Shown: in pieces, positions 28,800 through 37,995 of the stretch | How the letters are laid out: every line of letters starts with the position of its first letter | Position numbering within the stretch: the first letter of the stretch is position 1 | DNA from: an uncultured Latescibacterota bacterium | GTDB taxonomy: Bacteria; Latescibacterota; UBA2968 | Length of the DNA: 64,000 nucleotides | NCBI GenBank assembly: GCA_951812755.1 | Contig: OX638329.1 | Location: 293,339 to 357,338, forward strand | Reading direction: 5' to 3' | Notes under the pieces: model-generated | Database searches by the model: none | What the model saw: the letters and a program-made list of their open reading frames with translations, nothing else | Told to the model about the DNA's origin: nothing | Program-made: the position numbers and the translations under genes

Positions 28800-29035
28800 C
28801 GTTTTGCCTTTCGTCGATTATCAATAGTTCTTTGATCCGTTCGATAAATTGTGATAAAATTTTTGGTGTCAGGATCAATGACAAGAACGAATAGTATGCC
28901 TGTGATGCGAACAATTTTGATATCAGTGTTTTGCCTCTTGTCGCAGAACGTATGTATCGCGCTACTTTTTTCTACAACATCCGAATCAATTTCATAAAGC
29001 TCGAGTTTATCAAGGGCGTGTTGGGTAAAATTCAT
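28790..29035 (-). CDS. DUF4258/BrnT-RelE-like putative toxin
   Basis: MNFTQHALDKL start, FITIYRT, C-terminal RW. Confidence 0.65.
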   Translation of the reverse strand: MNFTQHALDKLELYEIDSDVVEKSSAIHTFCDKRQNTDIKIVRITGILFVLVIDPDTKNFITIYRTDQRTIDNRRKAKRWI

Positions 29036-29089
29036 ACCAAAATGTAGTAAAATTAAAGCCTAAAAACAGCGACTTTTTTATTTTCTATT

Positions 29090-29389
29090 TCATACATCAA
29101 ACACCAGCACATCATCGACAATTGGACGTATAAAAGTCTGGCTGAGAGCTTTGTGGTCTGGATGCGGCAAATAGAAATCTCGCGCGGCCTCATCCGTAAA
29201 CCGAATAATAAACCCCCAGTCATAGCCGTAATTCTTTCCCTCCGGGCTATTATTATACCCACCCGTAATCTCTTCCATACCCGGAATACTCCCCTTTTCT
29301 TTTAGCGCAAACAGACCATCGTGAAGTGCCTGAGTCTGTTCCCGCGTAACCCCATCTTTGAGCTTGAAAAGAACAATATGATCTATCAT
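29090..29389 (-). CDS. Dabb (stress-responsive A/B barrel) family protein
   Basis: MIDHIVLFKLK, NNSPEG, YLPHPDH, VLVFD; ATGA overlap with the upstream gene. Confidence 0.9.
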   Translation of the reverse strand: MIDHIVLFKLKDGVTREQTQALHDGLFALKEKGSIPGMEEITGGYNNSPEGKNYGYDWGFIIRFTDEAARDFYLPHPDHKALSQTFIRPIVDDVLVFDV

Positions 29390-31788
29390 AAAAAATCCTT
29401 TCCCGTTATTGCGCGTTCTCTGCATAAACTGTAAACACACCACAGAACAAACGCATAAGCCACAGCGGCAATATAAAAATTGGTAGAGATTCCAAATATA
29501 ATAGAAACAAACACAGCCAGCGCAGAACACAGCACACCCATAATCCCATTCAGTGCCCAGAACCACGGGGTTTCATCTTCATAAGAGGACTGAACCAGAC
29601 GCATACCCGTCGGAAAAAACAGCCCCATAAGCATCCCCACGGGAAAAATGACCAGAACAGACATCAGTATTTTTGTCGTTGTATCCTCAGCCATCATGTG
29701 AGACAGCAAATAGTGGAGAACCGTATTGAGAGCAACAACACCCACCGCCGTTATAATCGGAAAAACATAAACCCACGGCTTTCGAGTAAGCGGAAGATGA
29801 TCGCTTACAAAACTGCCCATACCCGTGCTTGCAATAAGTGTAAACAGCAATATACCCAGCGAATAGATGGGATGTCCAGTAAATACGTTGAGCCGTTGAA
29901 TCAGGGCAATCTCTACAAACATAAAAGCTGAGCCAATCAAAGAAAAATACAACGCACCAAACCAGAAACCGGGTGTTTGCATCAACGTTGTGGGTCTGTG
30001 CGCGAGCCACAAAGGCACGCCAATCGTCGCAACAGTGAGCACTCCGAGCACGAGCAAAAGTACGAGAAGTGTGGCGAGTGCTCTCAAATTCCCACTGAGA
30101 ACCCCCTCTTGACCTCGCAACGCGGTATCCAGATGATTCAGTTTCAACATATTAAAAAAATAGGGATTATCATCTGTCGGCGGGCTGTAGTCCAATTCAG
30201 CCTGAGCCACTGCCTCTGCGAGCTGATCTGTGGATTGAGCAGATAAAATCTGTCTCAAAATGGGTTCGGTGGGCAACCTGTTGGGCACATGAACAATCTG
30301 ATATTGCAACGCCTCGCACACCTGTCTCAACCGGTTAATATCCGCCTCACTCAGCGGCTGCCGGCAAATCAGCAAAGTCGAGACATTGCCAATTGTGATT
30401 AGTGCCATGTGGTCCGCCGGTTTTTTTACACTCAACCGCAAAAGCGATTCAACGCCCAGACTCAACACCCGACCGGTTTCCCCAATATGTTCGGCACTAT
30501 ACCACCGCGACACCGTGAAAATACCATCTTCTGACAGACGGCTGAGAAATGTCTGCCAGGCTTCAACAGTATAGAGCGCGTTTTCAGACAGCGAAAAAGC
30601 ACCTGCGCCCGTCGCTGCCCAGGTATCGATCAACGCCATCTGAATAACGGAAAATTGCTCGCGACTTTGCGACAAAAAACTGCGCGCATCATCAACCACA
30701 AACGTCACGTCGTCCCTATCGGCAAGCCCCGCAAATTCGCGAAACTCATTTTGGAGCAAATCGACAAATATCGGATTGACCTCAATACCCAAAACCGCAT
30801 CGTGACCAAAAAATAGCGCACTCTGGATATCTTTCCCCCCGCCCACACCAATAATACACGCTTTGCCCCGTCTATTGAGATAATATCCGATATTTGTAAT
30901 ATCATAACGCAAATGTTCAATATCTTTGGGCGAAGCAAAAGACCTGATAGCCGTGCCCGCTGCACCGTCAATCGTCATCCCGTGAAAAAAGACATTTTCT
31001 CCCCGTGCTACAGGACTACCACCCCAGAGTTGCGGGGGCAAATATTGCTGGCGATAAACAACAACGCGCGAAAAAGAATTCCACCGTTCTAAAATCTGTT
31101 CGCTAAGTCTTTGAAATTTCTCCTTCACAAACATTGGACGAACACCATACGGGGTCTGGGCATTGAGGATACCCAACACAAAAAACAGCAACGCGAGCGC
31201 GATATAACGGCGGACAGAGCGGGATTGTGCAAGACGGGCAAAACACGCACCTGCCAGCGCACCAATACCGCTACACCACAACATAAGACTCGGCGCATCA
31301 ACTATTTCGAGACCGCCCAGAACAATCAGACATCCAGCAGAAGCACCTGTCAAATCACTGGCATAAAGCCTGCCAATCGGTGCATTGAACCGCGTCAACA
31401 CAGTGGTAATAACAAGCCCCGCATAATAAAACGGCCAGGCACAGATCAGCGTTGCGACAAAAAGCACGATCAGACTCAGGATACTTCTGTAAAAGCCGAT
31501 GGGCAAAACGCACAAAAGAATCAAACTAACGGGAATAGACAGCGCAAACCCGACACAAGCCCGCGTGAGCGCTTCAACTTTGTTCTCATCGTCAAAGTGC
31601 TCTTTTTGTACATAGACCTGGATAGCCCCCGCCGTCATACCCAGCATGGCAATAGAAATCGAAAAAAATGCCAGATGGTACCAGGTAATAACACTCAGCA
31701 ACCGCACCAGAATAATCTGGATCGCCAGCGACGCCAAAGCGATCAAAAAAAGACCGGTATAAGTTGCGACTGATCGTTCGTCTTTCAT
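29386..31788 (-). CDS. Membrane-fused spermidine synthase-like SAM-dependent transferase
   Basis: N- and C-terminal TM blocks; LYASDLTGA, IGVGGGKD, IEVNP, DDARSF, SENALYTVEA. Confidence 0.8.
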   Translation of the reverse strand: MKDERSVATYTGLFLIALASLAIQIILVRLLSVITWYHLAFFSISIAMLGMTAGAIQVYVQKEHFDDENKVEALTRACVGFALSIPVSLILLCVLPIGFYRSILSLIVLFVATLICAWPFYYAGLVITTVLTRFNAPIGRLYASDLTGASAGCLIVLGGLEIVDAPSLMLWCSGIGALAGACFARLAQSRSVRRYIALALLFFVLGILNAQTPYGVRPMFVKEKFQRLSEQILERWNSFSRVVVYRQQYLPPQLWGGSPVARGENVFFHGMTIDGAAGTAIRSFASPKDIEHLRYDITNIGYYLNRRGKACIIGVGGGKDIQSALFFGHDAVLGIEVNPIFVDLLQNEFREFAGLADRDDVTFVVDDARSFLSQSREQFSVIQMALIDTWAATGAGAFSLSENALYTVEAWQTFLSRLSEDGIFTVSRWYSAEHIGETGRVLSLGVESLLRLSVKKPADHMALITIGNVSTLLICRQPLSEADINRLRQVCEALQYQIVHVPNRLPTEPILRQILSAQSTDQLAEAVAQAELDYSPPTDDNPYFFNMLKLNHLDTALRGQEGVLSGNLRALATLLVLLLVLGVLTVATIGVPLWLAHRPTTLMQTPGFWFGALYFSLIGSAFMFVEIALIQRLNVFTGHPIYSLGILLFTLIASTGMGSFVSDHLPLTRKPWVYVFPIITAVGVVALNTVLHYLLSHMMAEDTTTKILMSVLVIFPVGMLMGLFFPTGMRLVQSSYEDETPWFWALNGIMGVLCSALAVFVSIIFGISTNFYIAAVAYAFVLWCVYSLCRERAITGKDFL

Positions 31789-32105
31789 AGGTGATATCTA
31801 TACAATATAGGGGTGGTGTCTATCCGTCTATCCACCCCGAAGGTACACCGAATCGGCAAAATCATCAAGCCCAATACCCCCACCGCTCGTTGTCGGGTAT
31901 ATCAGGCAAAAAATTTGCGAATGTTTGTTAATGGTTTATATTAGTAAGTATCTACTTATCTTTATAGTACGGCTGGAAGAACAGGGGAACTTATGAATAA
32001 ATCTATTTGACTTTGAATTTTTTATTTTGCATTCTAAATAGCAAAGGTCGTGTCTCGGCAAAGACACGACCCTCAGAAAAGTATCTCTTTAGCAGGAGAG
32101 ATAAA

Positions 32106-32858
32106 ATGACAATAGGCAAGACAGTCACAGGAGTCAAGGGCGTTCTGTTGTTTATTACTGTCCTGACGACAAGCATTATTACGCCGTTTAATGAGTCTTC
32201 GGGCGGTGAATTTGCAGGCATGCGGCTTTATCTCGATACCGAGGTTGAAACGCCCCCTGTATTGAACAACACATTGACCATTCCCAAAAAGAGACCTGGC
32301 GATACGATACAATTTCAACTCTTTGCACCCACGACCGCAGACCAGCGAACATACGGCTATGAGATGGAACTTGCCCTGTCTGACGACAAGGCATTTTTCG
32401 ATCATATCGGGAACATATCGGGAAAGGGCTTTACTGGAACGTCACTGCGCCGAACACCCGGCCGTCCCCGTATAGCCGCACTGATTCTTTCTATCCCCAC
32501 AGTGCCAGAAAATGGCTATCTCGGTCAAATTAACTTGCAGGTCATCAAACCCCTCGAAGAAAAGACCACCCTTACTGTCAAAACCATTGTGATGGCTGGC
32601 CTCAGTGGTGAACTCGACTATTTAGATATATCTGAAGCCGCGATTTCTTTTACCGGTACTTTTAAACCGAGTGATTCCAATGGCGATTTCGATGGCGACC
32701 TCGACGTTGACTTTGCCGATTTTCTCGCCTTTGTTGGCGTCTTTGGATTGTCGGTATCAGACACCAATTTCGACGCGCGCATGGATATGGACGGCGATGG
32801 TATCATTAACTTTGTGGATTTTCTCGCCTTTATCGATACCTTTAGCAACAACCCATAG
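32106..32858 (+). CDS. Secreted cohesin-like + EF-hand/dockerin-like protein
   Basis: AGGAGAG RBS, signal peptide, and paired DFDGDLDVDFADFLAFVGVFG / DMDGDGIINFVDFLAFIDTF repeats. Confidence 0.82.
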   Translation: MTIGKTVTGVKGVLLFITVLTTSIITPFNESSGGEFAGMRLYLDTEVETPPVLNNTLTIPKKRPGDTIQFQLFAPTTADQRTYGYEMELALSDDKAFFDHIGNISGKGFTGTSLRRTPGRPRIAALILSIPTVPENGYLGQINLQVIKPLEEKTTLTVKTIVMAGLSGELDYLDISEAAISFTGTFKPSDSNGDFDGDLDVDFADFLAFVGVFGLSVSDTNFDARMDMDGDGIINFVDFLAFIDTFSNNP

Positions 32859-32918
32859 AGGAATACGCCGAAGCTGTTGACTATAAGAAGCTGTCTTAAA
32901 TATCAGGTACTGGATTTT

Positions 32919-32950
32919 AAAAAGCACGCTCCGTTTAGAGCGTGCTTTTT
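32919..32950. terminator. Bidirectional intrinsic terminator
   Basis: AAAAAGCACGCTC-cgtt-TAGAGCGTGCTTTTT-type hairpin flanked by A and T runs. Confidence 0.8.
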
Positions 32951-32993
32951 CATTCCCCCTTGACAGCCTCAATCCGCAGACCTATATACAGTT

Positions 32994-34940
32994 ATGGCTG
33001 AAGTCGCTCAAGAACACGAACAAAAAGACCCTACCGCACGCGCATTGACCTACAAGTCGATCATCCTGGGGCTAATACTTGTACTCGTAGCAGCACTCGG
33101 TGGATTTTATGCACGGCACATCTTGCACACAACGCGGCTGGCGCAAAATCACCTATCCCTCGCCGTGGTTTTTCCCTTTGCAATAACAGTTGTATTCTTG
33201 CGGCATTATCTCAAGCTCAATCGGGGCGAACTCCTGGTCATCTTTTCAATGGGCCTGATCGCCTCAACCCTGCCAACGTATTTCTTGAGCCGATTAATTG
33301 CCAGTTTTTGCGTACCGTATTATCTCGCCGACCCGACAAATCGATGGGGTGAGTTTACACACGATTACCTGCCATCCTGGGCCGTGATTGAACCAGGCCC
33401 GGCATTGACGTGGTTTTTTGAGGGCTTGCCGCGTGGCACACCTGTTCCGTGGGAAGTGTGGATCGGACCTCTGTTCTGGTGGTTGAGCCTGCTCGCGGCA
33501 CTCTGTGCGGTCTTGTTGTGTACAGCGGTAATCTTGCGCAAGCAATGGATCGAATACGAGCGATTGGACTACGCTCTCATGGAATTGCCCCTCGCAATGG
33601 TCGAAGGAGGCGATACACCCTCCCGCTTGCCACCATTTATGCGCTCGCCGCTCTTCTGGCTGGGCTTTTCATTTTCGATCTTCGGCATCTTGTGGAATAT
33701 CGTCTCCTATTTTAATCCCACGTTTCCCGTATTTCCATGGCGATTTGAATCCATTTCATTTGGACGAGATTTTCAGGCAATTCGCATGAACCTCTACTGG
33801 CCCATTGTGGGATTTGCTTACTTTATCAACTTAGACGTCTCGTTTAGCATCTGCTTCTTTTATATCCTCGCGGTCATCGAAGAGGGATTATTCAACCGAT
33901 TCGGCGTCATAATTTCAGAAGCAAATTTTGCTGGCACCTCCTTTGTGCCCGTGGGCTGGCAAATGATCGGCGTGTGGTTTACCGTAGTCGGCTGGGGGCT
34001 CTGGATTGCGCGGTCGCACCTGCGCGATGTATTTCGCAAAGCATTCAAAGGCGATGCAAAAATCGATGACTCAGACGAGTTGCTATCCTATCGAGGTGCA
34101 GTCTTCGGCTTGTTGGGCGGGCTGCTTTACATGGCCTGCTGGTTTTACGCTTCGGGCATGGCCTTGTGGGTCATCGCGGTATTTCTCGTCGTCATGATGG
34201 TCGTCTATATCGGTATTTCGCGCATCATCGCCGAAACCGGCGTCATCACCATCCGCGCCGTCATGGTACCGCAAACATTTATCATGTTCACATTTGGCAC
34301 CACGCGACTATCAGCACAAACCATGGTCGCACTCGGCATGTCTTATGGCTGGTGCGGCGACATGAAAACAACGCTCATGCCAGCATTGACCCACTCCGTC
34401 CGTCTATTTGACACCATTCAGCATCACAAACGGCAACTCGCGTGGGCCCTGTGTCTGGCAATGGGCGTGGGCATTGTCGCATCCTGTTTGTATATCATAT
34501 CCATGGGATACGAAGGCGGCGCGGGCAATTACGGATCGCAAATCTCCGGAGGCTTAGCGCGCGGACCCTGGGACTTTGTGGTAAAATACGCAAGAGACCC
34601 CGTCAATCCCGACTGGCGCAAAATGGCCTTCTTCACCAGCGGCATCGCCTTCGCTGCCCTCCTGTACTTCTTGCGCTACCGCTACACCTGGTGGCCCCTG
34701 CACCCACTGGGTCTGGCAACCGGGCCTGCGTATCCCGTAACCCATGTAATCTTCCCAATCTTTCTCGGCTGGTTGAGCAAACTCGCAATCTTGCGTTTTG
34801 GTGGCAGCAGAACCTATCGCAGTGCCCGCCCCTTCTTCCTCGGATTGATAATGGGATACTACGTGGGTGCGGGCATCTCGTTCTTTGTCGATATGATCTG
34901 GTTTTACGGGCAAGGTCACGGCGTCCCGTTTTCCGATTGA
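32994..34940 (+). CDS. DUF6785/DUF6784-type multi-pass membrane protein (putative peptide transporter)
   Basis: ELLVIFSM, LRKQWIEYERLDY, WWPLHPLG, RPFFLGLIMG. Confidence 0.8.
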   Translation: MAEVAQEHEQKDPTARALTYKSIILGLILVLVAALGGFYARHILHTTRLAQNHLSLAVVFPFAITVVFLRHYLKLNRGELLVIFSMGLIASTLPTYFLSRLIASFCVPYYLADPTNRWGEFTHDYLPSWAVIEPGPALTWFFEGLPRGTPVPWEVWIGPLFWWLSLLAALCAVLLCTAVILRKQWIEYERLDYALMELPLAMVEGGDTPSRLPPFMRSPLFWLGFSFSIFGILWNIVSYFNPTFPVFPWRFESISFGRDFQAIRMNLYWPIVGFAYFINLDVSFSICFFYILAVIEEGLFNRFGVIISEANFAGTSFVPVGWQMIGVWFTVVGWGLWIARSHLRDVFRKAFKGDAKIDDSDELLSYRGAVFGLLGGLLYMACWFYASGMALWVIAVFLVVMMVVYIGISRIIAETGVITIRAVMVPQTFIMFTFGTTRLSAQTMVALGMSYGWCGDMKTTLMPALTHSVRLFDTIQHHKRQLAWALCLAMGVGIVASCLYIISMGYEGGAGNYGSQISGGLARGPWDFVVKYARDPVNPDWRKMAFFTSGIAFAALLYFLRYRYTWWPLHPLGLATGPAYPVTHVIFPIFLGWLSKLAILRFGGSRTYRSARPFFLGLIMGYYVGAGISFFVDMIWFYGQGHGVPFSD

Positions 34941-35002
34941 GCAATCAGCGGTCAGCAAAACTCTTTGCAGTGCAGAACAATGCTCGCCGGATATGTCGTG
35001 AG

Positions 35003-35272
35003 CTATGCGCTCAGCGTTAGCTCCTGAAGATATAAATTTCGCGCACTATCAGTGAGTGACACGGCATCGAGACCACCGGGACGGAGGGCAAATTTCGCAC
35101 GTTCGTCACCTGCTAAAATAAAAAATTCGGGATGGCTTTTGACGATTTGGGTTACCGTTTCAGAAGGAATTTGGAGAGCTCTTGCGATGCCCCCTGGCGT
35201 GCGCCAGTCACCTCTGGAGTGATAGATCACTTTGACAATATCCTTTATCGTTCCTCGTTCATTTTGATCCAT
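35003..35272 (-). CDS. Small hypothetical protein, possible winged helix
   Basis: AAGGAGAG RBS; WRTPGGIARALQIPSETVTQIV is helix-turn-helix-like. Confidence 0.6.
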   Translation of the reverse strand: MDQNERGTIKDIVKVIYHSRGDWRTPGGIARALQIPSETVTQIVKSHPEFFILAGDERAKFALRPGGLDAVSLTDSARNLYLQELTLSA

Positions 35273-35666
35273 TTTCTCTCTCCTTTGATTGTGACCGCTG
35301 AACAATATCAGCTACGATATCAGCTACGATATCAGCTACGATATCAACTACAGTATCTCTAAATATATCACTTTCAACAAAATTTTCAATCTCTTCATTG
35401 CGTGCTATGCTTTCATCAACTTTATCCATTAAATTCAACGGATATTTCACCGTAATCCAGGCAACGAGGCCAACAACAGCTAAAAATAAAAAAGCCATAA
35501 CAAGAATCATGTAGAATTGCTGCATAGCGTCGAGTTGAGATTTAACGACTGTAATTCCAATGATTCCTTCAATGACCAGAAGTGCCAGAGCGAAAAATAT
35601 TAGGGGTGAAGTGACCTGTCCCAGAATGCCTTTATATTCTTTAATTGAATTGTTGTCGTCTGACAC
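35259..35666 (-). CDS. Hypothetical 2-TM protein with a 12-nt tandem repeat (DIVA)n
   Basis: Two hydrophobic helices; atatcagctacg x3 at about 35305-35345; probable GTG start after AAGGAAG. Confidence 0.65.
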   Translation of the reverse strand: MSDDNNSIKEYKGILGQVTSPLIFFALALLVIEGIIGITVVKSQLDAMQQFYMILVMAFLFLAVVGLVAWITVKYPLNLMDKVDESIARNEEIENFVESDIFRDTVVDIVADIVADIVADIVQRSQSKERENGSK

Positions 35667-36093
35667 TTCTGCTTCCTTTGTTCTGAAGGTTGGTCGTATT
35701 TTGGACACACGCAACAGTCTGAACTCAAGCAAATATCAGGCCAACAATGCAATTATCACAAAATTGAGCGATAAAAAGAGGCTCGACAGAAACCCCGGCA
35801 TCTCATTATGCTTTCAATATGCTGTATTGCCGTCTTGTTTACAATTGTGGATCGTCTGTTGAAGCGGAGAGAGAAAGAAAAAGCGTTGGCAGCAAAAGTG
35901 TATATTTTGAGCGATGAATAAGTGGTATGGTGAAAGATATGTACTTCTCATCATGCCGCGATGACAACTCAAACCCTCTGGATTAAGTCAAAAGTAAACA
36001 AAGCCCGTTGATCGATGGTGATCGACAGGCTTTCTTATTTTCCTCTCCTAATTTGGGTTGCATTCTAATGTCGCGGATTAGATATTACAAAAC

Positions 36094-37923
36094 ATGACAC
36101 CAAAAACAAACAACGCGACGGATCGGATCTCGCACTATTTTCCCTATATTGTGGGCGGGACTGCGATTGTGATCCGGTTTTTTTATCTCTGGTCATTCTG
36201 GGCCAATCATCCGTTTTCGCAGAAACTGATCTCAGATGCGCGGATATTCGACGACTGGGCACTGCGCATCGCCTCGGGAGACTGGCTCGGTGCCCCTGAA
36301 GTTTTCATTCTACCCCCCCTGTACCCATACCTTATGGGAATCGTCTATGCGATCTTTGGACATGCGCCCAAACTGATCGTAGGCTTACAGGCCGCCGCCG
36401 GATGTGCCAGTGCTATACTGGTCTATCGATTGGGCGCGCGGCATTTTGGCGCCTGGGCGGGATTATTTGCGGGGCTGTTATTCGCAAGCTATGGACCGCA
36501 ACTGTTTTACGAAGGCATGTTGCTGGGCACATCGGGTGCCGTATTCCTCAGCTTGATAGGATTGACGCTAATCTCGGGTAATAAAACCCACTGGCATTGG
36601 GGACTGGCCGGATTGGTTTTTGGGCTGGCCACACTCATGCGCCCCAACATCTTATCCGCAATTCCATTCTTACTATTCGGCGCGTGGTGGGCCTACCACA
36701 AAGCAACACCGGCAAAACGTTCAATACGACTGGCCGGTTACTTTCTATGGGGATTGATACTCCCACTCCTCCTGTGCGGACTGCGCAACGGCCTGGTCGC
36801 AGACGACTGGGTATTGATGACCGCGCACGGCGGCATCAACTTTTACATGGGCAATCACCCCGATGCGCCGGGCTGGTTTTCCGCCCCCGCTGGCATGGAT
36901 GCACAGATCACCCCGGATGGGGCACAGGGCAATTTGGAAGGACCGCGCCGCGTGGCCGAAGATGCTCTGGGACGGTCTTTGAAAGCCTCTGAAGTCTCTT
37001 CCTTCTGGTTTAATAAGGGCCTCGCATTCTGGATAGACGATCCAATAGGCGCGATAGCCGTGACCTTGAGAAAAGTGCGCCTATTTGCATCCGGATACGA
37101 AGTCCCGCTCAATTACAATTTTTATTACCAGCGAAAATTTTCTGCCCTCTTGCGCTTTCCAATCACAGAATTGTGGATATTATTTCCCCTATCCATCGTG
37201 GGGCTCATCGTCGCAGCCCGACAATTTGATCGCCACGCCACCCTCTATCTGTGGCTCATTGGATACGCGGTAGGCGTATTGGCTTTTCACGTATCATCGC
37301 GCTATCGCATGCCCGCAATTCCCATCCTCATGATATTTGCAGGCCTGGGAATATGGACATTGATATCCTGTGTACAATCGCAAAAATGGAAAAACCTCTG
37401 CATCGGTGCAGTGACACTGATCATCCTGTGGACCGGCTACCGCATTGAACAAAACGCACAACTCGCCCAAAACAACTGGGCGATGGACCCCTTCAATTTG
37501 GGTACCGCTTACTTGTGGTCCAACGAAAATGAACCGGCGCGATTATATCTCGAAGAAGCGAAAAAATACGGCCAGGGCGATGCCGTATTGTATTACAATT
37601 TGGGATTGGCTTATGCACGCACCAAAAAAATGGACGCTGCCAAAAATGCGTATCTCCAGGCACTATCCCAGGACCCCGACATGGTGCGTGCGTACGTCAA
37701 CCTGGGCAACATCTTATTTTTTGAAGAAAAATTTCACGAAGCCATAAAGAGCTATCGGGAAGCATTGAAACGAGATCCCAACACCCACAATGCGCGTGCG
37801 AACATGGGCTGGGCATATTGGTCTCTGGGACGGGTAAGTGAGGCACGCAGCGCCTGGGAAAAGGTCTTGCAAACAGCGCCCGACCACCCCTCGGCAAAAG
37901 CGGGAATGGCGCGCATGCGCTAA
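36094..37923 (+). CDS. GT-C (family 39/PMT_2-like) glycosyltransferase with C-terminal TPR repeats
   Basis: SDARIFD, PPLYPY, LMRPN, GGINFYMGNHP, SRYRMP, followed by several TPRs. Confidence 0.85.
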   Translation: MTPKTNNATDRISHYFPYIVGGTAIVIRFFYLWSFWANHPFSQKLISDARIFDDWALRIASGDWLGAPEVFILPPLYPYLMGIVYAIFGHAPKLIVGLQAAAGCASAILVYRLGARHFGAWAGLFAGLLFASYGPQLFYEGMLLGTSGAVFLSLIGLTLISGNKTHWHWGLAGLVFGLATLMRPNILSAIPFLLFGAWWAYHKATPAKRSIRLAGYFLWGLILPLLLCGLRNGLVADDWVLMTAHGGINFYMGNHPDAPGWFSAPAGMDAQITPDGAQGNLEGPRRVAEDALGRSLKASEVSSFWFNKGLAFWIDDPIGAIAVTLRKVRLFASGYEVPLNYNFYYQRKFSALLRFPITELWILFPLSIVGLIVAARQFDRHATLYLWLIGYAVGVLAFHVSSRYRMPAIPILMIFAGLGIWTLISCVQSQKWKNLCIGAVTLIILWTGYRIEQNAQLAQNNWAMDPFNLGTAYLWSNENEPARLYLEEAKKYGQGDAVLYYNLGLAYARTKKMDAAKNAYLQALSQDPDMVRAYVNLGNILFFEEKFHEAIKSYREALKRDPNTHNARANMGWAYWSLGRVSEARSAWEKVLQTAPDHPSAKAGMARMR

Positions 37924-37995
37924 TTGAATAGACACCAGATATTTCCATCCTTATATTGCCCCTCCACCCGCATCATCCGCGATCCGGAGCCCTCA

